Origin: Geosiphon pyriformis uo1
Taxonomy: Eukaryota; Fungi; Glomeromycota
Reading direction: 5' to 3'
Length of the DNA stretch: 63,915 nucleotides
NCBI GenBank assembly: GCA_016748015.1
Contig: JAAOMT010000553.1
Location: 276,923-340,837, forward strand
Shown: piece after piece, positions 25,572 through 37,554 of the stretch
How the letters are laid out: every line of letters starts with the position of its first letter
How positions within the stretch are numbered: position 1 is the stretch's first letter
Translations under genes and position numbers: made by a program
Notes under the pieces: model-generated
Databases searched by the model: none
What the model was told of the DNA's origin: nothing
Seen by the model: only the letters and a program-made list of their open reading frames with translations

Positions 25572-27195
25572 ATGGAAAACAAAGAACCTAAAAGAACTCG
25601 TCCAGAGATTCATGATTGCAACATGTGTAAATACTGCCAAGAGAGTAATCAAACGAATCAAAATGTGTGTACTGCATGTCACTTCATGTTTTTTGAAAAA
25701 CTTTATCGCAACTTTTCAAGCAGCAATAAAGAAGTTGATGAAATAATTAAGAATCCACTCTATGATCATAAATATGATGGTAAATTGAAATATTATGAAT
25801 GGATTCCATGGGAGGGTTTGTTGAATATCAACGAAATTGCTAGAGGAGGGTTCGGTATAATCTATAAAGCAACCCTAATTGATGGATTAATTGATCCCTG
25901 GAGTATAAAACATCATGGCTCAATGAAATATGAAAGAAAGAGAGTAGGATGGGAGGTAGCAATAAAAATTATGCCAACGAACAGTTCAGAGTTGTTTAAA
26001 GAGGTAAATAAACTATTATTATATATATTTATATTTATATAAAAATTCATATTTACCTATTATTTATTTATTTATTTATTTATTTACTGTATATTATCCA
26101 TTTACTTTTTTACACTGTGTTGATAGTTAAATATTCAAAGAGCTATGTTTATTAATAACAATTATAAAGACTTATATTATATCTCTCCTATATGGGGGAT
26201 TACGCAAAACGCTGAAACACTCGAATATGGAATTGTGATGGAGTTTGCCAGATATGGAGACATGCGAAAATATTTATCAACAAATTTTCATTCTACGAGT
26301 TGGAAACATAAATTAAAGATGGCGTATTTTATAGCTGAAGGACTGTCACAAATTCATTCTTCTGGTATGGTTCATCGTGACCTACACCCGGGCAACATCC
26401 TAAATTATAATTATGGGAATAAAGCAAGAATTGGAGACCTGGGATTATGTCAACCAGTAAACAATGAAACAACAACAATAGATATAATAACAAAAAAAGA
26501 CGTGAACGAAAAAAATATATATGGAGTGATTCCATACATTCCACCAGAAGTTTTAAGAGGAAAAAAGTTTACTGAGGCTGGTGATATTTATAGTTTTGCC
26601 ATGTTATTATGGGAATTAGCAACAGGAAAACCTCCATTTCATGATATTCCTCATGATCATATTCTTATAATGGATATTTTAAATGGTCAAAGACCTAAGA
26701 TTACCTCCCCACTTATTCCTCCTTCTTATGCTAAACTCATTGAAAAGTGTTGGGATGTTAATCCACTGAATCGTCCTACTGCGAAAGAAGTTTACAAGAA
26801 GTTGAATGAACTAGGTTTTCTCAATTCAGAGTTTTTAGAATCAGAAAAATACGTAAAAGAAATGTTGAAAAACGACTCGATAACAAATCATTCAACGACA
26901 ACAAAGAGAAAAATTCATCCAGGAGCAGTTTTTACAAGTCGTGTTTTAACTGCACAGATCGTTGATTTTTCCAATGGTTAGTTTATCTATTTTTATATTG
27001 ATTTTTTTTAGTTATTTAAATATTATACAGTATATTAACAATTTTACTTTACTTTACTTTACTTTATTTTATAAAAGAATTAGTATATTTGCCTGAAGGT
27101 AAGAAATTAGATATATCATTAATCATTAAATGAAATTTATACTGTTTAACATTTATTTCTCTTACTATTTATTATATTTAGACGACTCTTTATAG
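25572..27195 (+). CDS. Tyrosine-kinase-like (TKL) protein kinase with N-terminal Cys/His finger, copy A (438 aa)
   Basis: Exons 25572-26003, 26127-26976, 27078-27098 and 27182-27195. Motifs ARGGFG, VAIK, HRDLHPGN, DLG, GVIPYIPPE, DIYSF, CW...RP. Confidence 0.92.
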
Positions 27196-27270
27196 ATCTA
27201 ATCATGATTGAACATCATAATTATTAAACTCTACAATGAGATTAATATTCTTAGTTTCAAAGGTAATAAA

Positions 27271-27490
27271 AAAATAATATTCGTTCTTGTTGTTTTTAAG
27301 TTTAATGTTTCATTGTTTGCTCGTTGAGTTAATCCAATATTGTAAATTCCTACCTAATCTCCGAATGTAGGTCACGATGATCACTTTTTTTCTTTTATAT
27401 TCCCTCTTCCCTTGAACTTTTATTGATTAAACAGGTTTAATAATCAATAATTTTAAGTAGCTTTAGTACACAAAGAAGCCAAACTGTCTT
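27271..27490 (-). pseudogene. Collapsed antisense kinase relic just downstream of copy A
   Basis: The reverse strand reads YKAT...SIKVQGKREYKRKK, joined to HRDLHS...IGLTQRANNET. Confidence 0.7.
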
Positions 27491-29204
27491 TTTATCTAAA
27501 CGAGTAGTTCTGAGATCTGTGAATAAGAGCATAATACCTGCATTAAGCTGATTTACCGAAACTTTAAATGAAAATCAATATAGAGATCAAAGATAATTTT
27601 TTTTATGAAGTGGTAAATAAAATAATTAAAAAACTAATCTTTGTATTTCATAAAAATTTATTTGTTATTTTAATTGAAAAATAAATTATTAAAAATAAAA
27701 TATAAACTATTAATTTAATTTATATTATTAAAAGTTACAATAAAAACTAAAAAAAACCAATGATTAATATCAATAATAAAATTAAAAAACTATTTTAAGT
27801 CATATTAATTTTAATTATTAACTTTAATATAATATTTAAATGTTGTATAATTACAATTCAAAATAATATAAATATATTAATCATGATTCATACAAATTTT
27901 GTTACATTCTCGTTTTTAATTTTAATCTAATTAATATTAAGCTTTTTTAACATATATTTCTTTAAAAAAACTTTTATTTAATTAAAGCCAAGTATTGGTT
28001 TTATTATTATTTAAATTGAATTCTGAACTCAATATTTTTAGTTTTTGAAAATCTCTTATTTGAACAGTATTAATTAAATCAACAAAATATATCAAAAAAT
28101 AAAAAAATATTTATTATTCAATTTTAAAAATGTTAAAAAATGCATAAAATTATTTTTTATTTAAAAAATTAAATCGATAAAATTTGTAATTAAAATTAAA
28201 AAAAATTTTGCTTATGATTGTCAAAAAAAAAAACCAAGTACAAAAAAAGTATTTTGAATCATAGCTGAGTTAATTCACATATGCTACAAAATTAAAACAA
28301 TTTTTAAATCATAGATTATAAAATTCAGTAATACAAATTTCTCAAAATACTAATTTTATCACAAAATTTTAAATCTATTAATTTTGACTGAAACGTTTTA
28401 ATTGTTGCTAAGTAAATTTTAATTTAATTTTTTAAATTCAATTTTCCTAAGGTTTAAAATTAAAAGTTTTGATTATTTTATTAATATTTATAGAAACTAA
28501 TTTTAAAAAAACAATTATATTAATTTGATTTAAATTTTTTTTTATAGTTTTTATCAAAATTTTAAGTTTAATATTTTACTCTACATATATTTATTAAAAC
28601 TAACTAATTGAAAAATTTAATAAATTAGTATCTTTTTATTAAATAATAATAATAATAATAATAATAATAATCTAAATTTTTTAATAAAAATTTACAATTT
28701 CATAAATTAATATGTATTATTTAAAATTTTAATTTATAAATAAAGTTCGAATTCTGATATGATAAAAATATATATTTATCTTATTTTTAGCTTATTTTAA
28801 ATTTTTAATAATTTTTATTAGTAATATTTATATTAATTAATTCGATTTCATTATAGCTTTTTGTTTTTAAAATAATTGAATTTCTAATTAAATATGTACA
28901 GAATTTAATAAATTATTTTCAAAAGTAAAACAAAAATAATTAAATATGGCCAATAAATTTAAGTTTTGTTCTGATTTATTAAAAGATCTAATGAAAATAG
29001 ATATGAAAATATGATATTTTAATTTAAAAATAAAAAAAAATTATTTATTTATTTCATAGAATTAAATGTATTATGTTAAAAATATTTCATATAGAAAATC
29101 TAAATATAGAATTTTAATAAAAATTCTATTAAAAGTTTTCAGTTTAATTAATCTATCTAATTATTTAAACTTAAATTTAATTCCGAACATTATAAAATTT
29201 AGGT

Positions 29205-29219
29205 CTAACCCTAACCCTA
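29205..29219. repeat. Short interstitial telomere-like (CCCTAA) seed
   Basis: CTAACCCTAACCCTA. Confidence 0.5.
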
Positions 29220-29349
29220 TCACTAGTATTATTAGTAAAAAATAGGTGTGAAAGAATACTCTTTATAATAAACTGATAAAAATTTATTATATCATATTGA
29301 AATGAATATATAAAAATATAATGTAGAGTATATAATTTTTTTTTATGGT

Positions 29350-30160
29350 AATTTCTTACCTTCAGGCAAATAGACTAATTCTTTTATAAAAGAAAATTAA
29401 GATAATTTTTTTTAATATACTGTATAATAATTAAATCAATTAATTAATCAATATAAATTTTTGTTTCTTCAATTATTTGTCAAGTTAAAAGACGATGTGT
29501 ATAACCTGCTCCTGGATGAATACGTTTTGTTGTTATCGTTGTTATTGTTGTTGGAAGATTTGTTATCGAGTCGTTATTTATCATTTCTTTTACGTTTTTA
29601 TCGATTCTAAAAACTGGAGAGACAGTTTTAGCCTCTTCATATGTAAACTCTATATCTGTAAACTCTATATCTGTAAACTCTTCATCTGTAGACTCTTCTA
29701 TCATTGACACTTCATCTGTAGACTTCTCATTTTTAGACTTCAACTTAAATCGCCAATATATTTCGTCAAGTTCCAACAACTTACGAAAAACTTCTCTGGC
29801 AGTAGGACAATTCTCAGGATTAACATCCCAACACTTTTCAATGAGTTTAGCATAAGAAGGGGAATAAGTGGAGAGGTAATCTTAGGTCTTTGACCATTTA
29901 AAATAGCCATTATAAAGAATATGATCATGAGAACAATCATGAAAGGGAGGCTTTCCTGTTGCTAATTCGCATAATAACATGGCAAAACTATAAATATCAC
30001 CAGTCATTGTGAGCTTTTCTCCTCTTAAACCTGTATAGAGTTATTTTATGCTGCTATTGTTTCTGACTCAATCCAAGATTTCAAATAATTATATACGTTG
30101 TAGTAGGTTTTAGATTGTAGATCACCATGAACCATGCTACTAGAATGAATTATAATTAAT
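29350..30160 (-). pseudogene. TKL kinase pseudogene, copy B (C-lobe fragment)
   Basis: IHSSSMVHGDL relic at ~30115-30150; GDIYSFAMLL, ILNGQRPKITSPLIP and IHPGAGYT; terminal microexon at ~29360-29380; frameshifts. Confidence 0.85.
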
Positions 30161-30957
30161 TTAAGTGTAATTCACAATTTATGGGGCCAATGGGTAGCTC
30201 TTTGAATATTATTTATAAATCATCTATCCATATTGTTTTATAAATAGTACAATATATCTTAATCGATCTGGGCACTTTTTACGCTTGTTGCAATCATAAA
30301 CTTCTAAACAAGTTTTTTAAATTTAAAGGTTTTCTATATGTTGAATAATATTTGAATAAACATTATAATAAAATTAAATTTGGCGAATTCTATCTGAGTC
30401 TTTACTCTGAACCTTAAAAAGAAGGATTCTTTTTAACTATAGCAATTTTTTTCAAGGGCAAAATCCCTATTTTGACTTGGTATCTGCGAAAACTAAATTA
30501 GAGTTTTTAAAAAATAAATTGAAAAATTTAATATTTCTAACTGTGAAACCAATTAAGTAATAATTAACTTGAATATTCATTATTTACTCTATTACTAGCT
30601 TTTAGCCTCAAATTTCAATGAGATTCAAGATCTACCATTGAAAAAATCATTACTTAAAACTTTATCAAAATGGCGTTTGAAAGAATTTTACAATGGATTG
30701 CAGATAGTATTATCAATTCTTATGCCTAAAACGGATATAAAAGTTAACCGTATTCTTCATGATCTTCTTTCTGTTTTCAATATAAAACCGGAATTAGAGT
30801 TTAAACCCTAATTAGCGAGAAAAATGACTTAAGTAGCATTATAAGTAATCATCATTTAAAAACTTTTTATACGAAATTCATAAAGGATCGTTCTATTAAA
30901 ACTAGAATTTTAAGGCTGTTTCTCGTCAGATATCTTTAAACTAAGCAAATTTAATAT

Positions 30958-33177
30958 GTATTTTTTTATTTAACGTGCTAGCCCAATCACAATCTAATAC
31001 AATATGACTACGTAGTCTTAAATTAGACGTGAATCACGCGTTTTCTACATGTGACCAGACACGAGCCCAGCCCAGGTTAAATTACGTTGAAGCAATTAAG
31101 GAAAACCTACTCTAAGCAGACATCTTACCTATGTATGCAACTAAAGTAGTACTATTTTTAACCATACCACTCATCCACTTAGAAGTGAATTCAGCAGTTG
31201 ATTTAATTGAAGAAGCCTGAAGCTCCCAAAGAGCCATGATAGAATCAAAAGTGTTATGATCAATATTATCATTAGTAATATACATATTATCATCATTACT
31301 AACATTACTCTTTACAAAGCTTGCCAACTTCCAAACTCACTCTGCACAACTCACCACCAAAAGCAGTAACATCTTTCTTAATTACAAGCCACTTACCTTT
31401 CAATTCAGCATGTAAAGCAGAAGAGATATCAAACAACTTAGCAACCAAAACAACCAAAGTCCCAATAGGTTTTACTTAACCAATAAAACCAATACAGTTA
31501 ATTCAAATTTTAAGAAAACCAAATAAGGACTGACCAAAAGATTAACAACAACAACAGAAAAACTAATAACAGAAAAACCATAAAAGCAGATGCGAAAGTT
31601 GTAACATAAGATTAAACTTTAACAAAACACAACTTAAAAGTTTTGAAAAAGACAGCAAATTAAAATAACAATTTAAGAAAAAAAAATGATGCCATTTTAC
31701 AATCTAAAGCCAAATGGCAAAATTTTAATATTTAAAACACTGCTAACATCCAGATATTTTCTACTAAATATAACACTTTCTTAAAATATTAGTTTTAATA
31801 ACAACAGTATCTAAATTATTTTTAAAACTAAAAATAATAATTACATATTAAAACTGTTTAATAAGATCAAAAAACAGAAAATAAAACAGATTTAACCCTA
31901 AAAAATAGTTTTTTTTTTAATTTACAAAAAAAAAATTCTGATATTATTTTTGTTTATTAAAGCTAATTAACATGTTAAAACAGCTGTAACTACATTAATA
32001 GATTTAAAATACACAATAACATATTATTAAATAACAGCAAATTTAAGAAAACTTTAAAAACTTTACTATAAATACTAAAAACTATCTTAATATTAACTAC
32101 AAATATATTTAAAAACATATTATACAAACCAATAACAGCAAAAAAAGAAAAATACTTAAATACCACCAAAAATTTAGTTATTTTAAGAATAAAAAAAACA
32201 GAACCAGCAATTTTAACTTAAAATATAGTATTTAAAAAAAATTAAAAAACAAACTCTATACAAAAAAGCTTTATATTATTCTTAAATACAGACTTAATAT
32301 TAATAAAACTATGTATAAACTAAAATATAGTTTTAATAAAAGTCAATTTAATCTTAAAAAAAACATCAAGTATTAAAGTAAAAATTATTATTTAATAAAC
32401 ATTTAATAATTAGTGATAGTTTTCCAAATATTATTAAAAACAATATTAAAAAACAAAAAAAACCAGTTAATTTGATTTTATCTGATTAATTTAATTTTTA
32501 AAATTAAATAACCCAATAAATGTTTTGTTTTTTTTTTAAAATTGGTAATAATCTACTAAAAAACATTATATTTAACAATACAACCAGTAATTAATTTTGG
32601 TTTATTTTAAAAGACAGAACTGTTATTGCTGTTGTTTATATTAAAAAGAAGACTGGTTGCTGTTGTAAAAATTTTATCCAAAATTTTATCTAAAATCATA
32701 AAAAAGATTAGTATAACAATAGTAGAAACAAGTAATTGCTATTGTTTTTTAAAGTCTTTGGCTTTTTTGGCTATTTGTAAAATAATAAAGATAGTAGTAG
32801 TGTTAAAAGCAGAAAAAACCAGCTTATTAATTGGCTTATTATTCAAAACTTTAAGGTTCTTAAAAGAAGCAAAAACAATACTAGAACTAATTCTAATGTG
32901 TTTCTTAAAAAAAACTTTGATTAAAAAAAAACCACTAATCAAAGATAAAAAAAGTGTTTCAAAAGCTGTCTTTGGCAGTTTTTTATTGTTAATACTTAAG
33001 AAGAACACTTTTAAAACATTTTGCCTAACTGCTTTTATAACAGAAAGAATTTTTCTTGTTAAAACTTTATTAGTTACTATAGAGAAAGTAATGTTTAAAA
33101 CTTTTTTACTTTTTGCTTTAGTCATGATCATAAAATCAGGAAAGAGAAAGAGTCTGTTTTAATTGTAATTAGTATTT
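30958..33177 (-). mobile_element. Complete ~2.2-kb ORF1-only (half-LINE-like) non-autonomous retroelement
   Basis: Single decayed ORF from MTKAKSKK (~33125) through knuckle QCFKY*N..HLALDC (~31697-31745) to WELQ...KWMSGMVKN...KMSA*SRFSLIAST*. Then the LINE-type 3' element (30974-31063) and poly(A) (30961-30970). No ORF2. Both ends are fixed by the paralogous empty site at ~38250-38270. Confidence 0.85.
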
Positions 33178-34547
33178 TTTAATATTTTTTACATAAAATC
33201 AATGCAAAGTAAAACTTGAAAAAAATATTTGAATTAAAAAGTTATTCTCATATTAAAGTAATAAATATATAATTTATTGTTATTTTTTAAACTTAATAAA
33301 AATTAAATTTTCAAATTTATATTGTAAAACAATATCGAAGAAAGAATAAAAAAAGTGAATAAAAAGTTGTATTCACTTAAAGCTAGAATAATTGTAAAAA
33401 ATATTAATATAGTTTATGAATTTTAATAAAAACATAAACAAAAAATCTAGTTAAAATTTATTAATGTAAATATAGTTTAATGTTAATAAAATATTTTATT
33501 TATTTAAAAGTATTTAGAGTTAACTAATCAATAATATTAAAGTATTTTTTGAAAAATCTTTGAATTTTATAAAACACTATATTTTATTGTTTTTGATATA
33601 TATAAATTACTTTTTATAATTATTCTAGTTTTGAAATTAAAGTAAATATTGATAATATTTGAATTAAAAGTTATATGTAAATTTAAAAATAAAATAAAGA
33701 AGACTGTTAATTTAAATTTATATGTAGTAAATATTTTTATTAAAAGTTTTTATTTGATTCAAAATAAATCATATTGTGAATTTCAATATTATTATTTAAT
33801 TTTCTTGAAAAATTTTTCAACAATATTAGAATTATAAATTACCAAGTTTTATTGATAGTAACAGTCTTGGAATTACCCTGCCATTTAAAGTTATTAATTT
33901 ATCTTAACTTCACCAATTTAAAATTGAAAATACTCTTATTTGATATTTTCTAATTAATTGGCTTTATAATATTTTTATATATATTCCCAAGAGATTCTTC
34001 TTTTGGGAATATCGAAAGTTTTCGATTGAAGCATCCAAAATTAGTATAAAAGAAACCGAGAGCTAATAAAAACAAGAATTAAAAGGATTAATGTAAATTT
34101 TTTATTTTAGTGTTAGGCAAACTAAAAATAATTATTTTAATACAAATATCTATTTTTATAGCATAACCTTAAAAAATAATTTATTTCGACAGATAAGCCT
34201 TTTTATTATTTAGAAAATTTGAAATAAAAATATCAAGATTTTGTTTTACGCATCGAACCTTAAATCTATTGTTGTTGCTATTGTCCTACAAATAAATTGA
34301 AAAACTTGTTTGGCGCCTTTATGTATTATAGCTACTAACTTTATTTATAGTTAAACTTGTGTGAGTATGATTTGTAGCGAATAATGATTTGTTAACATAT
34401 AGAAACAGCATAAATAGGGACTCTGCCTTTAAAAAAGTACTTTCTAAACGTACTGTTAATAGAAGCTTTAAAAAAGCCTTCTTTTGAATTATAACCTATT
34501 CACATTTTAAACTTTATCACCCTTATCATTTGTCTTTTATTCACATC

Positions 34548-36195
34548 ATGGAAAACAAAGAAATTAAAAGAATTCGTCCAGAAACACATGATTGCAACCT
34601 GTGTGAATTGTGTCAAAAGAGTATTAAATGCAATAGGGATAATAACTGCGCTGCATGCCAGTTCATATTTTTTGAAAAACTTTATAAAGACTTTTCAAGT
34701 GGCAATACATTAGTTGATGAAATAATTAAGAATCCAATCTATATTCCACCTAATATTGAAAGAAAGTATAGTAGAGTAAATTACTATGAATGGATTCCAT
34801 GGGACCGTTTGTCAAATATCAACGAAATTGCTAGAGGAGGGTTCGGTGTAATTTATAAAGCAAATCTAATTGATGGATTAATTAATAAAGATACTATAAA
34901 ACATCATGGTGAAATGGAATATAAAAGAGGAAGAACCAATTACTTAGGAAAAGAGATCGATGAAGTAGCAATAAAAACTATAAAAGTGAACAGTTCAGAA
35001 GTATTTAAAGAGGTAAACAAACTGTTATTTATATTTAATTCATATTTATCTATTATTTATTTTACAGTATATTATCGTATATTTATTTATATTAACTATT
35101 TACTTTTTTATACTGTGTTGATAGTTAAATATTCAAAGAGCTACGTTTATTAAGGGTGGTCGTGGGTATTTAAGTAATTGTATCTCTTCAATTTATGGGA
35201 TTACGCAAAACGCTAAAACACTCGAGTATGGAATTGTGATGGAGTTTGCCGAACATGGAGACATGCGAAGATATTTATCAACAAATTTTCATTCTATGTA
35301 TTGGGAAAATAAATTAGAGATTGCGCGTAATATAGCTTTTGGACTTGATTCACTTCATTCTTCTTGTATGGTTCATCGTGACCTACACTCTGGAAACATC
35401 CTACAATTAGATAAATACGAAGTGAATATTGGAGACCTCGGATTATGTCAACCTACAAACAATGAAGCAACAACAACAACAAACTCAGGAATAACAGGAA
35501 AAGACGCGAAGGAAAAAAAGATATGTGGAGTGATTCCATACATTCCACCAGAAGTTTTAAGAGGAGAAAAGTTTACTGAGGCTGGTGATATTTATAGTTT
35601 TGCCATGTTATTATGGGAATTAGCAACGGGAAAGCCTCCTTTTCACGATCGTTCTCATGACCACCTTCTTATCATGGATATTTTCAATGGGGCTAGACCT
35701 GAGATTACCTCCCCATTTATTCCATCTTCAATTGCTAAACTCATTGAAAAATGCTGGGATGCTAATCCATTAAATCGTCCTACTGCAAAAGAAGTTTATG
35801 ATAAGTTGAACGAACTTCATCCCTACTATTCCGAGTTTTGTACATCAAATGACTACTTGCGGAAAATGGTAAAGCAAGACTCGACAACAAATTATTCAAC
35901 GACAACAACGACAACGCGCATTCATCCAGGAGCAGTTTTTACAAGTCGTGTTTTAACTGCACAGATCGTTGATTTTTCCAATGGTTAGTTTATCTATTTT
36001 TATATTGATTTTTTTATCGATTTAATTATTATACAGTATATTGACAACTTTACTTTACTTTACTTTATTTTATAAAGAATTAGTTTATTTGCCTGAAGGT
36101 AAGAAATTAGATGTATCATTAATCATTAAATGAAATTTATCCTGTTTAACACTTATTTCTCTTACTATTTATTATATTTAGATGACTCTTTATAG
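34548..36195 (+). CDS. TKL kinase with Cys/His finger, copy C (452 aa)
   Basis: Exons 34548-35012, 35125-35983, 36078-36098 and 36182-36195; all kinase motifs intact (HRDLHSGN, DLG, YIPPE). Confidence 0.92.
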
Positions 36196-36269
36196 ATTTA
36201 ATCATGATTGAACATCATAATTATTAAACTCTACAATGAGATTAATATTATTAGTTTCAAAGGTAATAA

Positions 36270-36510
36270 AAAATAATATTCGTTCTTGTTATTTTTAAGT
36301 TTAATGTTTCATTGTTTGCTCGTTGAGTTAATCCAATATTGTAAATTCCTACCAAATCTCGATAATGTTGTAGGATATTGTCCGAATGTAGGTCACGATG
36401 ATCACTTTTTTTCTTTTATATTCCCTCTTCCCTTGAACTTTTATTGATTAAACAGGTTTAATGATCAATAATTTTAAGTAGCTTTAGTACACAAAGAAGC
36501 CAAACTGTCT
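36270..36510 (-). pseudogene. Collapsed antisense kinase relic downstream of copy C
   Basis: The reverse strand reads HRDLHSDNILQHYRDLVGIYNIGLTQRANNET, preceded by the N-lobe relic SIKVQGKREYKRKK. Confidence 0.75.
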
Positions 36511-36892
36511 TTTTATCTAAACGAGTAGTTCTGAGATCTGTGAATAAGAGCATAATTACTGGGTTAAGCTAATTCAAAAACATAAAACGGAAATGAAATC
36601 ATAAATTTACAATTGATTAGCATTTATTAAATAACCTCACTTTTATGAATCAAGAATTTATAAAGTGGTAAATAAAATAATTAAAAAACCAATCATTGTA
36701 TCAGATAAAGTTTTATTTTGTTATTTTAATTGAAATTTTTCTTTTAAAGTGCAAATTAGAAAAATGTTATATATAATCAACATAAAAAATTTGATAAAAA
36801 TAGCTTTATTATTGTTTAAAAAAAATAGCAATCAATAAATTTTATCATAATAATTTATTATTTTTATTTCTTTATTATTTTTATATTATTAT

Positions 36893-36929
<37 letters not shown>

Positions 36930-37520
36930 CAATTAATTATATTAAAATCAAAAAAAAATTATTTTGAACCACAGTCGAATTGATTAAAAAAAATTATACA
37001 AAATTAAAATAATATTTAAATTATATTTAAGTTAATTAAAAAATGATTTAAATAAAACAATTTTTAAATCACATATTATAAAATTTGGCAATAGAAAGTT
37101 TCAAAATACAATACATTAATAATAACTAATAATTGAATTTAAATGTAAATTTTTTGAAATAAAAATTCATTAAAAATGAAAAAATTCTGTTATTATTATT
37201 GAGATTTAATGTTTTTTTATTTAAAAATAAAAATAAAAATTTGCTAAATATTTATCGAAAAATTAATTGCAATAATTTTAAAGTTATTGACTGGTTATAA
37301 ATTTAATAATTATATTTAATAAATTAATTATAATATAAAGATCTGTAATTTTATTTAGTAAAATTATTTACGATTTTTTAATAAATAAATAAATAAAAAT
37401 ATGACTTTTCAAAAAAAGTTTTATTATATTTCAATTTTTTGCATCAAATTATATTCAAAAAATAAAAATTATTTACTTTTTATTAAATTAAATTAAATTA
37501 TAAAATTTCCCTTCGGATAA

Positions 37521-37554
<34 letters not shown>

